Made by a program: the position numbers and the translations under genes. Shown here one piece after another: positions 12,001-25,700 of a stretch of DNA of 64,000 nucleotides. Source of the DNA: Trichoplax adhaerens (lineage: Eukaryota > Animalia > Placozoa); assembly GCF_000150275.1 (NCBI RefSeq), contig NW_002060945.1, positions 6,197,246 through 6,261,245 on the forward strand, in the 5' to 3' direction. The first letter of the stretch is position 1, and the number at the start of each line of letters is the position of its first letter. The notes under the pieces were generated by a model that had not been told where the DNA came from, made no database searches, and was given only the letters and a program-made list of their open reading frames with translations.

Positions 12001-15000
12001 TACGTAGGCTCTTCCTAAATTTTTAAGATGTGTGAAGTGGGATACACCTCAAGAAGCTAAGCAGGTTCACATCTAACTTGCATTGATGCAAAACAAATTA
12101 CTGTACTACTGAGTTATCGTAGCTACTCTCAGTACTTTAAAATATGAATGATTGTCGCTGTTACATAGGCATTAGAATTGTTGGAAAAGTGGTCACCAAT
12201 GGATTTTGATGATGCGTTGGAATTACTTTCGACAAATTATAAACATGAAAAAGTACGTGGTTATGCTGTAGCTAGATTATGGAAAGCCGATGACGAGGTA
12301 ATTATATAAATCGCGGCATTTTGCTGTATAGGATAGACTTGTTAACATATTTGCTTTGTCTAATTGCTAAAATATTCTTTAGCACTTGCTGCTATACCTT
12401 TTACAATTAGTGCAAGCATTAAAGTATGAAAATCTGGATAGCATTATCTGTAAATATCAGAAACTTTACATTGACGATCTTTCGGAGCCAATGTCAAGAA
12501 CGGTCATTGATACAATAATTACTAATAAACAAGAATTTACTCAAGGAAAGGAGTCCGGTAATATTTCAATTTCGTTGTTATTGATATTTTAGATAGTCAC
12601 AAATAAATGATTATAAAATACATTTATAACGTTATAGTTGAAGATTTGCTAAAGCAGCAGTCAAAGGATAGCTCTTCGCTGTCAATAGAAGAAGAAGAGG
12701 ATGAAGAATTGGTAAGATTTTAATCCCTCGGTTGTAAAAGTTAACTCTTTTTAAGTAAAATTTTCCTTTCACCTTTACCTAGGCTCAGGATCTATCGTCC
12801 TTTCTTATATATAGAGCGTGCAAAAATGATACTTTAGCAAACTACTTTTATTGGTATAATTTTAGTGTAGCCATTAATATTCAAAATTTGAGCTTTAACA
12901 CGATACAGAATAGTAATAAAAATACTTTACATCACAAAAATTAGGTACTTACATGTGGAATGCGAAGATCCTAATTTAAAAAAATCTGATAAGATTGCTA
13001 TCATGTACAAAGCAGTCATGAAGATGTTTATGAATCGTTTAAATAATGTAAGTTGTAGTTTTATCGCAATTGCCATCAATTATAATCATGCATGTGCTTT
13101 GTAAAAAAAATCGGATCTATTATCTTTCTTTAGGGAGGTTACAAATATAAAATGCGTGCTAGAATGATGCACAGGCAGCAAAAATTCATCGATAAATTAC
13201 TAGTTTTGATGTCCACCGTTGTTTCACAAGGTGGCAATCGAAAGAAAAAGGTTATCAAGGCCATGACATTTAGTAATTAAATGTAATCAATCCCTAACTG
13301 GATTAAATTTGTTAATACTAATCCTTCTGATCTTCTTGTAGATTGAACGATTGCGTATCCACATAAAATCGATGGAGTTTACTACTTTCGACCCGCTACA
13401 GTTTCCTTTAGATCCCAATGTACATATAAATGGAATTATTGCGGGTACACTATTGTAGATACTTTTATTCATGGCACTCGATAAAATAAGAAGTAACAAG
13501 TGAACAGTGAATATAATATTTGATATAAAATAATTTCTTTTCACAGATAAAGCATCGCTATTTAAGAGTAATCTTATGCCTGGTCGATTACCTTTCAAGA
13601 CAGTAGATGATCATATTTACGTTGTAATGTTTATTTTAAGTTTAACTTCTCATGTGAATATTATTGTATAGTTATAGCAGTATTTTTGGCTATTTTATAG
13701 TCAATAGATGTCGATGTTAATTGACAGGGTCAAAAATTTATCACCTTAATATTGTACATGATTTGTAATTCATTATAATATTTCTTCCTTTTATTAAATC
13801 TAAGACTATTTTCAAGAATGGTGACGACCTTAGGCAGGATCAGTTGATTTTGCAAATAATCACATTGATGGATAAGGTATTTAATCAGTCAATTTGGATT
13901 AATTATAATTATAGATTGTTTTTAATTCAATTGCTAATATTAGTACAACTTATGGCAATAAATTTCGTTTCTAGCTGTTAAGGATGGAAAATTTGGATCT
14001 GAAATTAACTCCATATAAAGTTTTAGCAACTAGTACAACGAGTGGCAAGTTCTATTCGATCTAATCCATAATTTTTTTAATTAATAAAATCTTCAAATAA
14101 TATAGATTGTACAGTACAGTACGTTCAATTGCTCCCGCTAATTGTTATTTCAATGATAGGATTTGTACAGTATATAACTTCCACCGCCGTAGCTGAGGTT
14201 TTAGGTGCTGAAGGTAGCATTCAGGTACGGTTAGAATTTATTTTCAATAATTACTAAAGTATTTGTCACTGAATTTATTCTATTGAAACAAATGTTTTAT
14301 AAATACTACCAACAGAATTTCTTCAGAAAACATAATCCAAGTGAAGGCGCGCCATATAGCATTAATCCAGAAGTTATGGATACTTACGTAAAGAGTTGTG
14401 GTATGAGTTTTTGATATCAGTAAATTTAATAATGCTAATGTAATTATCGTACAATATTAGCTGGATTTTAAATTTTTTAAATATTGCCATTTCCATGACT
14501 TATGGTTGCTTAGCTGGATATTGCATCATCACGTATTTACTTGGTATTGGTGATAGACATTTGGACAATTTATTATTAACTAAATCAGGTACAACATTGC
14601 CAGCATTACAACCTTGTATACCAGAAGTGTTTTCCTTTAGGAAAAAGCTACTTTTGATAGTTAATAGCGTGGTGGTAGTAGCCATGTTGATCCTAACTGA
14701 AGTGATTTTTTAATGTCAATCAAGGTAATTTATTCCATATCGATTTTGGATATATCCTTGGTAGAGATCCTAAACCATTCCCCCCTCCAATGAAGCTTAG
14801 CAAAGAAATGGTAAGTCTAGAATTATATTGCAAAGGCTGTTAGAGTTTCTATCTCTCCATAATGGTTACATCATTTATGATGATTACAACGAAAGGTGGA
14901 AGGTATGGGAGGCCAGTATACAGAACATTACCAGGAATTTAGACAACTCTGCTATACGGCGTTCTTGCATCTTCGAAGGTTTACGACAGCTATGAACTAA

Positions 15001-15509
15001 TTTAAAATTGATTTAATTGTATTTTAGTGACTAAATATTTGATTATCTCTCGTCTCTAAAGATCTGCAAACTTGATCCTAAATTTGTTCTCGCTGATGTT
15101 GGATGCAAACGTTCCAGATATTGCTATGGAGCCTGATAAAACTATGAAAAAGGTAAAGTGATAGTAAAGTGTTCCTTTAAAGATTCGTTACTTATCTTTA
15201 AGTAGACTTGCTTGAATCTATATGGCTTTTCATCAATAGTAAGTTGATATCTTGATTTCATTTTGATACCTTAGGTTCAAGATAAATTTGTTTTAGATCT
15301 ATCAGATGAAGAAGCTGTAAAACATATTCAATCATTAATTGATGAAAGTGTCACAGCATTATTTCCAGTTGTAGTAGAACACATCCATAAGGTTGCCCAG
15401 GTATAGTAGTAGTCTAAATTCTTGGAAAATTTTTTATATTAGCAGTAATACGTATTACAGTTGTATTCATAATCGTTTAATTTATTCATTGTAGTATTGG
15501 CGAAAATAA
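9054..15509 (+). CDS. PIK3C3: Class III phosphatidylinositol 3-kinase catalytic subunit (Vps34), ~30 exons
   Basis: Starts [33 protein letters not shown]. Contains [65 protein letters not shown], the catalytic [13 protein letters not shown] and the activation loop [21 protein letters not shown]. Ends QYWRK* (TAA 15507-15509). Confidence 0.98.
14045..14159 (+). other. GC-AG intron in Vps34
   Basis: ...ACAACGAGTG|GCAAGT...ATGATAG|GATTTGTACAG gives [13 protein letters not shown] and keeps the conserved Gly. The GT at 14042 would lose the Gly; the GT at 14049 would shift the frame. Confidence 0.75.
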
Positions 15510-17507
15510 ACATCCTATCGAGATGGCTAAAAAGGAATCGATATTACAAAACTGAATTAATTAGATATGAGCTGAGAGTTTTGCTATAACTTTCTGAAAG
15601 GCTACATCAAAGAATGAATATGCAGTCCTAGTATTGGATTTAATGGAATGCTTAAGAAAACTGTGTATCGAATAACTTACAACAATATATATGAATTATC
15701 AGCTAGTAACCATTTTTGATACCTTTCAACTTTGTTTACTGTAGATTCAGTATTTGCATCAAAGTCTGTACGTAATCCTAAAGTATTATTGCTATTTCAC
15801 CTCCTAAAAAATAAAATTAGTTGTTAGGGTGGAATCCGATAAAGCCCTGATTACCATGTTGAATTTTATACAGTGTTGTTTATTGATAGATTAGCTGTTT
15901 ACTCTAAATTGCAAAATCATAGATTAAAATTAATCTAATAGCTGCTGATGCCTTAGCGAGGAGACGGTGTATCAATATGGTGTGAAAATCTTCTAAGTGT
16001 ATTTACCATAATGTACCGTCATGATTATCACTGTGAGTACAAATCATCAGGCAATGCCTTTATTTCCTACTTCACTATAAGATGTAGTAAATAATTTCGT
16101 ACATATCATTCGATCGACATAGATGTATAACTCACATAAATTAATGAAAAATTATAAGACAACTGACGATATCCGCAATAAAGCTGAAACTATTTCATTT
16201 CATTTGTAATGTTTGTATCCGTCTTACACTGTATGACAATACTGCAGGCTTTTGTGCTACTAATGCAATAATGCAATTTGAGCAAAGTATCGTATTCTAA
16301 GTTTAATGTAACATTCAGTACTATAATAAATTGCAAATATTATTAATTGATTGTAGACTTGTTCAAGTAGTGATCAGAGGGATAAAATATAGGTACAAGT
16401 TGTGCAAGATAGATATTAAATCGTACTAGATGCGTATCTATATATGATTACCTTTTTGTTTCTAGAGCGATAAATGCAAGTTATGTTTAGAATATTTGCT
16501 TAAGGATTTACGCCAAGCTGTTCCATATAGGTACAGTCAGCAAGCTAAGTTGTACGGGCACATGCACGGTATGCTATCTGTGTGAGTAGGGCTAGCAAAA
16601 GCATAATACCTTAGTTACAGATACTTGTATTAAAAAGCAAGATATCTTTATAAGCTAGTTTGTTGTATGACTGTAATAATTTTACTATGAATAATCATCC
16701 AGTTTATGAGTCATGGTGCGACTACGTTATAATGGCACCGGATGGCACACTAGCGGTGCCAATCGAGTTAGGAAAAGCATAACCCTGTCGTTTGCAAGAT
16801 CTCATAATATTCTAGCAGCTACTTGCATTTAAAAATACCTTTATAAGGTCGTTCATTGTATCTAAACTGCGATCAAGAATGGCTACAATCTCGTTTAATA
16901 TGAACAATCATAGAGTTTAGCAGTAATGAAAGTAGTCGAGGAACGTGTCCTACTCCCATACCATCATTCTTGGATGCTTAGAAATAGGAGATCAGGAGTA
17001 GCTCCCACTCTCGCTCTCCATCTCCAAGATTGCCCTTTGTTATCCCAAAATGACAAGTGGATAGGTTTTAAAGCTAAACAATTGCATGCATACATAATTA
17101 ATAAGCACCAGCAAAATTTTCACGCCATCTCTATTAGTATACTATACCATTTTAGCACTGCATTGGGAAGGCTTGTGCATCATGGCGTAATAGTACTGTA
17201 CTGTCTAGCATGCAACTAGCGTCTGATACAGAATCCTATAATAATATTTATGGTGATAGAATAGTAGTAGTATTAATAATATGCCATTGCTCATAATATG
17301 ATCCGTAGAGTACAGAACTAGAGTCGATTTGATCAGGAATCTTGATGAAATTACCTTGGTGGGCTAATATACAGTAGAAAAGATCAATTGATTCGCTGGG
17401 AATCCCGCAAATCAACCTTTTTTTCATTTGATGACAAGAAAAATCAACTGTGTCTTATTCAAAGATAGAACTGCTATCGATCCGATGATAACTGCTGATA
17501 CTTCCCT

Positions 17508-20500
17508 ATGCCCAACGATAATGTCAACACGCTAAATTCGTTCAAGGTAGAGAATGTTCCGAAATTTGTGGAAACTACTCACTGGACCGGATAAACCTGC
17601 AATAGTAAGGATGTAATTCGTTCGATTGGAAAATGTTATCAATGTTCTCTTCTGTATGTCGTTAAATCTCCACTCTTAAATAAAATGCTACTAGTTATCG
17701 TTACGGTAGCCACGTTTGTTGACGTTGAATGATGAAGCAGATTAATAATGATTCGTCAGTATTCGTCAGTTAATATTGATGGAGATTATTAAGCTTAGCT
17801 GCATCGATAAGACTTGAACGATCAATATCGATCATAGGACTACCAGCAATTGTATTCAGTTCAATCAATTTCAGGCATCCAATTGCTTGCTTTTGATACT
17901 GTACAATAAATTTGAATAGCTAAGGTCTGATCTACAGTAGACCTGCTTCATGGATGGAAAGAGTGTTCAGATTCAGATAAATAGAATGAGATAATCTCGA
18001 CTAACTATTAATTATCTTTGCTTTCGTAGTTATCGAATTGATATTTAAGAATGATGATGATTAATGGCATATTGATTTTGAACCCTACAGACTTAATTAA
18101 TGTAGTCTTGAATACATGACGTCGATAGGACATCAATTCCTGTCTAGTAAAGCGTGACTTGTAGCGGACACAGTTGCGTTGCTAATTTTTATTTCATGTA
18201 GATATTAACTAAATATTTTCCCTTGTCTCTTTCTTCTTGATGTGTAGCATGATGGCGAGGTTCCTGAGCTGGATAATGAGCAGCCATTCAATGATTACAG
18301 AGAGATACAACTATTAAACAAGCATACAGACATTGTTAGACTCTTGCTTTGTGTTGGAAATGATAGGTACTAATAATGTTAAATAGAATTTTACAAGTAA
18401 ATTCATATCGCTAATCATGGCAACACAGTAACCTCAAATCAACAGGATAGATTCATTCATTTCCAATCTATAAATTTCTCTGTTACAACATCAACTACTA
18501 AAATACCTTCTAAATACTTCTGTTATAGTTTGTAGTGATGGTCATCGGTTAGTATTAGGTATGCCACTTAGTACTATCCCAGTTGTTTGTCCTTTAGCGT
18601 TCATGTTTCTCGTGCATAGTAAAATAATTTGTCAAATCGTAATAATAGTAAACATCTAAGACAACATACTGTACGCGTATTGTAGTGAATTGCATACTAC
18701 CGTACATCCGCATATACTGTATTATTCATATTAGAATAAATTATATTGCTACTTTTACAATTTTATTCTGGTGTTATACAGTTATAATACAATTCTATTC
18801 ACATTTTGCCATTTAAACTGGAAAGTTCCATGAGAAATAGGCTATCAACAATAAATATTAATATTTAGCAATCTGATCATCTATCTTTCATATTCTATAT
18901 TTACTTGTAACATAATACACCGTGATATATCAGCATCTTAGCGAATAAATTTAGATATCGTTACAGCTAATGATATCTGTTTTGATCTTTGAACTAGGAT
19001 CGTAACCGGTAGCGATGATGGTACGGTTATCATCTGGGATATCGAGGTTAGTTGTAGCTATAATGAAAGTAATTTAGAGATTGTTAATTTTATCTTATGC
19101 AGCTGACTGTTATGCTCATTGCTATGAGAGTGTAGCGATTACATCAATTGCAGTTCAGAGTTTCATAGATGATTAACTATACTCCGATTGTACCCACTGT
19201 TTTTAGCTAAAGCAATGAAATGATCGTGAAATAAGATCAAATTATTCTAATGCTAGACGGCTATGGTTCACAAATCATTTTTTTTGACATAATTCGATAA
19301 TCATATTATAGGATGGCATCTTACTACATCACTTAAAGCAGCATACTAGACCTATAACAAGTATGATTGTGGTGGACGAAAGGAAGGTGTTAATTACGGG
19401 ATCGTCTGATAAATCAGTTTGTGTATCCTACCTAATATATATATATACGAGTGTGTCTTTGTATTAGATACCCTAAAATGGTGAGCTCGTTCGATCAATG
19501 AATACTAGTAGAACCCACGTTTATTATACTTTTTTTCTAACTGTGTATATTATATGCACACAACTTTATCTGATTATAACAATTATTATACTGCATGCAT
19601 TTCAATTTTGTGATATTTCATGCTTTAATTAAGCGATATAGTATAATGGTAGCCTTATTTCCACTCTTTTATGCAGTAACAGATTACTTATTATTAACCT
19701 AACTAGAATAGATGATTGTTATAACAGTCAATATGGGTATACAGTTAATACTAGATGTTGCCTACGAAAAAAAATGAAAATTACTATGTAAAAATAGAGA
19801 TTTTCTTGAGCTAGAAAAATGTATTATTCCCTGCTGATATCAGTTCTGGTCATTGGAAAAAGGACGTTTAATGACACATGTTGAATCCTTAATAGGCTCT
19901 ATTAAAGTGAGTGATCATGAAATCGATTTAATTGTAGTATACGCGTATGGCCTATAAAATCGTACATATAATTATGTAATAATATCTCATTTTGATGTAC
20001 TTTTTACTCAAGGTTTTTATTAACATTCAAGACCAAAACGTCGTATGTGCTGCCGGCGGTGGACTTAATGTATTTACCTACCATGGCTTTTCAATACATG
20101 ACATGGATATGACAAGCAATCTACATTGTAAGCCTAATTCTGCTTCTATCTTGTCCGTTATTGACTCCCAATATGATAAAAGTGTTAACAGAACATTTCT
20201 GTTTTCTTATTAACCTTAGCTGATATTCATAGTCTGTTAATTGTGAGAAGAGAATTCTTGATCGCTGCTTCTGACGACAATGAGTTACGTAAGTCATGTG
20301 CCCAAATATATTACACTTGTGTAGTCATTCTTTCGGCAAATATAAAGATTAATTACAATCACTTCACATTTTGCACTAGAAAATATTTTATGATAACCAT
20401 AATGCCTCTAATTTTTGATTTAAACGAATAGAAATTTTCCAAATACAATTTATTGATGGAAATAATTGTCGAGTTATCCTACGCCACAGATATGCTCTTA

Positions 20501-22116
20501 AAACCTCACATCCCGAACATATTCGACACCTTCTAAAGATATCAGGTAAATTAGGCAGATCGTAAGCTAAGGTTCATTTTAATTCTAAAGTTATTGCTAT
20601 TATAAATTTTTACTGGTTCTAAGTAAACTATTCGTACCCCTATCTTGGCTATCATCTACATTATTTCATCAGATACTTGCTTTGCTTCCGCTTCCTTGGA
20701 TGGCTCAGTTGTTATTTGGTCTATACCAGAATCAGCCGATAATTTTGAAGTTACCTGTATCTTGAATAATCATGAAACCTATAAACGAGAAGATAGCCAA
20801 TTTCATGATTTCCCATACAGTGTCCAGGAATTACTAAGCTTAGAGAATGTAATGAATCAAGTCGATAAAGATATATTGTAACCTCCATACTGATAATTTT
20901 AATTCGAACGAATTGAAATTTCCTTCATACCTATATTATAGGAATTTCTTTTTGCTGCAGTTGGAAATGGCTTTTTTTTGTTTCATACTGGGCGAGGTTA
21001 CTAGTTGATTAATATACGATGTAATTCCATGATATAAAATGATGATACGCGTATTGCTACTATCAAATTAGGGACTACCCTGACGGGTGTGGTAAATGCT
21101 CATCCTTTGAAAGTAACTAGTCTCGCTTTTCTATCAACACTGTAAGTATAACGTGTGACATTAATTTGAAATCGATTTATCCCTCGTTAAAAAGAAAACT
21201 TTGAACTTGATTTTCGGCATATTATTTTATTGAAGACTATACGTACTCTATTTGTACGTATTTTAACTATTTGTATCCCTAAACAAATCAATTATTTCCC
21301 CATATTTTAGAGGGTATTTAGTAACAAGTTCACAAGACGGGTCTGTAAGATTATGGTCGTGCGCAATTGGTGAGATTTGGTATATTAGTTTGGGTTGAAT
21401 ATAGTAACTTGCTAGTAGGTCTAAAGTTGAGGATTCTTGTTGGACAAGTATTACACTGGTACTCATAAAATTGGTTTAAATGATTGATATATTCCTTGAT
21501 TAGATATTAAAGATGATACCATTAAGAAATTTACTGGCGTAAGAAAGTTTTTAGGCAGCAGGTACTACCTTGACAGTAGTAGGACTGTTAATAACATAGT
21601 ACATGGTATATTTCGAAAAAATAAACATTTCTTACTTCTATTAAATCATCTTTAGTCTCCTCGGTCCTAAAACCTGCTACGGACCACCCGTCTTAATTGG
21701 AGATTGTACCGTTCATGCCGGGGGAATAGAAGTTGGGAAAACTTGATATTACTCTTTATGATAGTTGCCAAGTAAACCAGCTTACAACAGTTTTATTAAC
21801 TTTGCTTCAATCTAAATGATAGAAACTCCTCAATTGTCATGAATTTTCTTTTGTATCATGTGGGGTGGATAACCAAGTTATTCTCTGGCGGGTAAGTCTT
21901 ATCACTTATTAACAGGCATTCGCCTACTTTCGGTAGATTACAAATTTTGAAAAGTATTTCTTCAAAAATATAATTCCTATTTCAATTTTTCATAACTTCA
22001 CTTCGACCACAATGCTTACATGAAATGAATTCGATTTATAATGAAAGAATCACTTGACCGAGACAGAAAAGAAGAACGATACAGTTGCTAAGATGCTGTC
22101 ATCAACAACTTCATGA
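17508..22116 (+). CDS. WDR41: WD repeat protein 41 (C9orf72-SMCR8 complex subunit), ~16 exons; first exon and start codon uncertain
   Basis: Exons give EQPFNDYREIQLLNKHTDIVRLL (18248-), IVTGSDDGTVIIWDIE, LITGSSDKSVC/FWS, FASASLDGSVVIW, EFLFAAVGNGFFLF, YLVTSSQDGSVRLW, LIGDCTVHAGGIE and SCGVDNQVILWR. These match human WDR41 landmarks (HHDIVRFL, ENVFAAVGRG, SEDGSVRIW, LIGDLIGH). Putative first exon 17508-17546 (MPNDNVNTLNSFK); stop TGA 22114-22116. Confidence 0.88.
19423..19843 (+). other. Probable U12-type (minor spliceosome) GT-AG intron in WDR41
   Basis: Donor GTATCCTAC matches the U12 RTATCCT core and differs from the GTAAGT-like donors elsewhere in the window. Phase 0 between DKSVC and FWSLE. 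Branch-like TTCCCTGCTGAT lies just upstream of the CAG, with no long pyrimidine tract. Confidence 0.65.
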
Positions 22117-22713
22117 TTCCGTAAAAAGTTTATAGAATAGAACATAATATTTTATATTATAGATTCATAGTTTGTGTACTATATTGTATATTAAATGCCT
22201 GAATCATGACATTATAAATTCAAGTTTCTGATTTTAGAGTTTATTTTTCACTATGTATATTTTTATAGGCCAAAATTAGGCTTATTATTAAATTTACACA
22301 ATGTAATAAACAAAACAGCATAATCTGTCAAATACATAAATTCTTTATTCGAAATAATTTATATTACGATAATGATGTAGCAAAATTACTTGATTAAATG
22401 ATATATTCGCATAACATATTCATGTCTCTCTCAATGCATTCATCACATATGTATTTATTTATCAATCAGTCAATCTTCCAGGTTGGAAGAAAAGCAATCG
22501 CTCAAATTACAAATACTAAATGATGTTTATTTTCTATTATGTTGATGAAAAAGTAGTTAATTTATAGCAATGTCAAGTCACGAAATTTATGATACATTAC
22601 GATATTATTTACTACCTGCTATACAACACAGTAACGAATATTAGAAATGAATGACTATGATGAAGGCTAACGTAAATATACTATAAGACAATCTAAAAAT
22701 CAACTGCTTTACA

Positions 22714-25700
22714 CTATTCGGTTGCCTTTTTATAATCATGTGCAGCCCAAAATGGCAAGCGATTACCATCTGGTGCGCTTGCACTGTCGGAAGATTCTTC
22801 ATCAGAATCTGAACCGTAAGAGGCTAAAGACAACAGCCCTGATTTACTACTTTCACCTGTTGAGTTCTTCTGCTTAGTGGTAGATTTAAAACCATTGGAG
22901 GCTTGGATTTTAGTGTTTCCAGGAGCTATATTTCAATAAACAACACCAATAATACAAAACAAATTTGACATTAGTAAATTAATTACGTATGATTGTTAGT
23001 CCAGTTGGTATTTGTTGATGGGGGCGAGACATCACGTGGCACCAAAATTGTATGAAATTAAGGAAGAAAAGAAGTCATAAAGAATAAAATAAACCATGGA
23101 TTAGATAAAAACACGAGCAGATAAATCAATTTAACTATTAAAATATACGTAAAATTTCAAGATAGTTCTTGTACGGATTCTATGTACCATTTAGACTCCC
23201 AAGAATATGAAATAGTATTTGTAAAAAAATTAATGACTTGCTAAAATACGGTGCAAAATTTCAGTTGAAATTAAAATATCATTGTTAAATAGTCATCTTA
23301 TACTATCTCTTTTGCCATACAAAATTGCTACATCTTTTTCACGTCCGGTACTTTATCGCAAAGAAACTTCAATGAATGTATGAAATTTGTCTAATGCGAA
23401 ATTATTTTCAAACAAACCATTACCTATTGGATTAGATACAGGAAGAAATGCTGGCGGAGGCATTAAATCTCGATCTTTCATTGCTGATGTTTCAGTATTT
23501 TGTCTTGATGATTTTGGTTTACTATTAGATTTACCAGTTCCTAATAATCCAAATGGATCTGGCACGTCAATAGCTTTATTCCCTACTTTCTGCGAAATCT
23601 CATCCTATCAATTACATAGGCGAAAAACAAAGCCAACAAGTAATAAAGTAAAGCAAAAAAAATTTCGCGTTAGTACAATAATATAATGGCACCATATCCC
23701 TGCAACGGATTGTGGGAAATTTCTGAAAATTTAAGAAGCCGTTAGTCATATTATACCTTCCCTATTGCGTTTAGAGTATTGGTATAATCAGGTAGATTAG
23801 GCATCTACAATAGTTGGGACAATCAGATAGGAAAATTTAATACATTTAACTTCGAAATCCAATCAATTTTATTTGTTACACTATCTAATTACAGCATACT
23901 TTTTCGATATCTTGGGGGAGTTCACTGGAATCTTCCGCAATTGAACTACTATTGTAATTGGAAATCGATTGATTTAATTTTTCAAATTTTTAAGAGTAAT
24001 TTACACAACCCAACGAAATTTACCTATTTGGTTCTTCATTTTTTAATTTTTTCGCCGGTGGCTCTTCTTGATTTACGGTCTAGTATGAAAATAGCATTTT
24101 ACATTTTTATATTATACTTAATACATGATACAGTAATCACAAATCAAAGAAAGAAATTTCTCTAATCTACTAAATTTGAATACAAGATTATAATTCAATT
24201 AAGTTACAGTACAGTACTTGTTGCAACATTTTAAGAGAATACCAACACGGACAATTGGACAAGAACGGTTACTTACGGTTGATGGCGACACTTGAGGAAT
24301 TTCGTTTTGAGTATAAGTAGCCATTGGATAACCGTAATAATTATTGTACATATTTCCTTGATACTGATTTGATTGTCCATAATTTGCTATATTTTTTTTT
24401 GCCATAAAGTAGATTCCAAAATCAAATTATTGCGAAATATATCATGTTAATTGCGCATTATTTTCATAACTTACCGAATTGTCCATATGGAGAGGCATAA
24501 GGATTAGGTGAGACCTATGAATTGATGAAGCATACTAGATAAGAACCAAATGATTTACACATCATCAGATACAGTGTCCTACCATATGAGGTGGAAGAGC
24601 AGGAGGTACTTGTTGCTGCCCATACATAGGATACCCATACATATTCTGATAAGGTACCTAATACACATGGAAAATACAGAACAAAACACATTGTTGGGTT
24701 TATAACATGCCATATATACTAATGATATATACTGTAACTAAAATTATATAATATTCAAAGTACCGGAGAAGGTGGGGGATATCCAGATGCAAAATAATTT
24801 GTATCTTGGAGAATTCAAAGAAAATGTTAATATCAATTCGTAACCTGTACATAGGTGCGTATCCTTATTGTTAATTAAGCTACAATTTTTATTAATTGGA
24901 CATGTTAGCAGCCGTAGTAATTTCAAGCAGTCATGCCTCTCAGACAGTAAACTAAAACAAACTGCTACTATTATTGGAGGGTGGTATCGATGGAATAATT
25001 AATTCTTGAAGGAAATTATCCACCTTCTTTACCCTCCTAAGGTTTTTTGTTTTTATCGTGAAATTAGAATGCTTAATTAATTATCAGTACATTAAATTGT
25101 CCCAACGAGAAAATTCTTACTAGGTGTTGGATAAGGAGACTGATATGTTATGGGAACTTGAGCCTTCGCTTGTGATTCTTCAAATTGTTTATATTGTTGC
25201 TTTACCTATATTAAAATTAATTGTCATATGATAAATAGGCTATAATTATGCTATCTCTACATAATCACATACGGTATGGTATGCATACAATGGAATGCAA
25301 TACTACATGCATAATTTGTAAATTAATTTACCGTGTCAACTAGATTTTGACAAAGCTTTTTTGCAGATTCGAGGCCTTCGTATGTTCCATGACTACGTTC
25401 ATAAGAACAAATATAAAAAAAAATGCATATAGTACATTGAAGAACGAATTAAGCCAGGTACGACATAATATAGTTATTTTATATACGAGAATAGCACTTA
25501 TACATACTTCACATAAATGTGTAACGGTTCGAAGGCTTCCTTGCCGGAAGTCGGTTCGATGTATCCAGAGCCCTTCCCTCTTAACTGCACCTATCAACGC
25601 AACAGCCGTTCAAAATCCATAAATATCATCAAACTATTGGGATACCAATAGTGAAGCTTAAGGATTGTTATATTATAAACTATACACAGAATAACAACAA

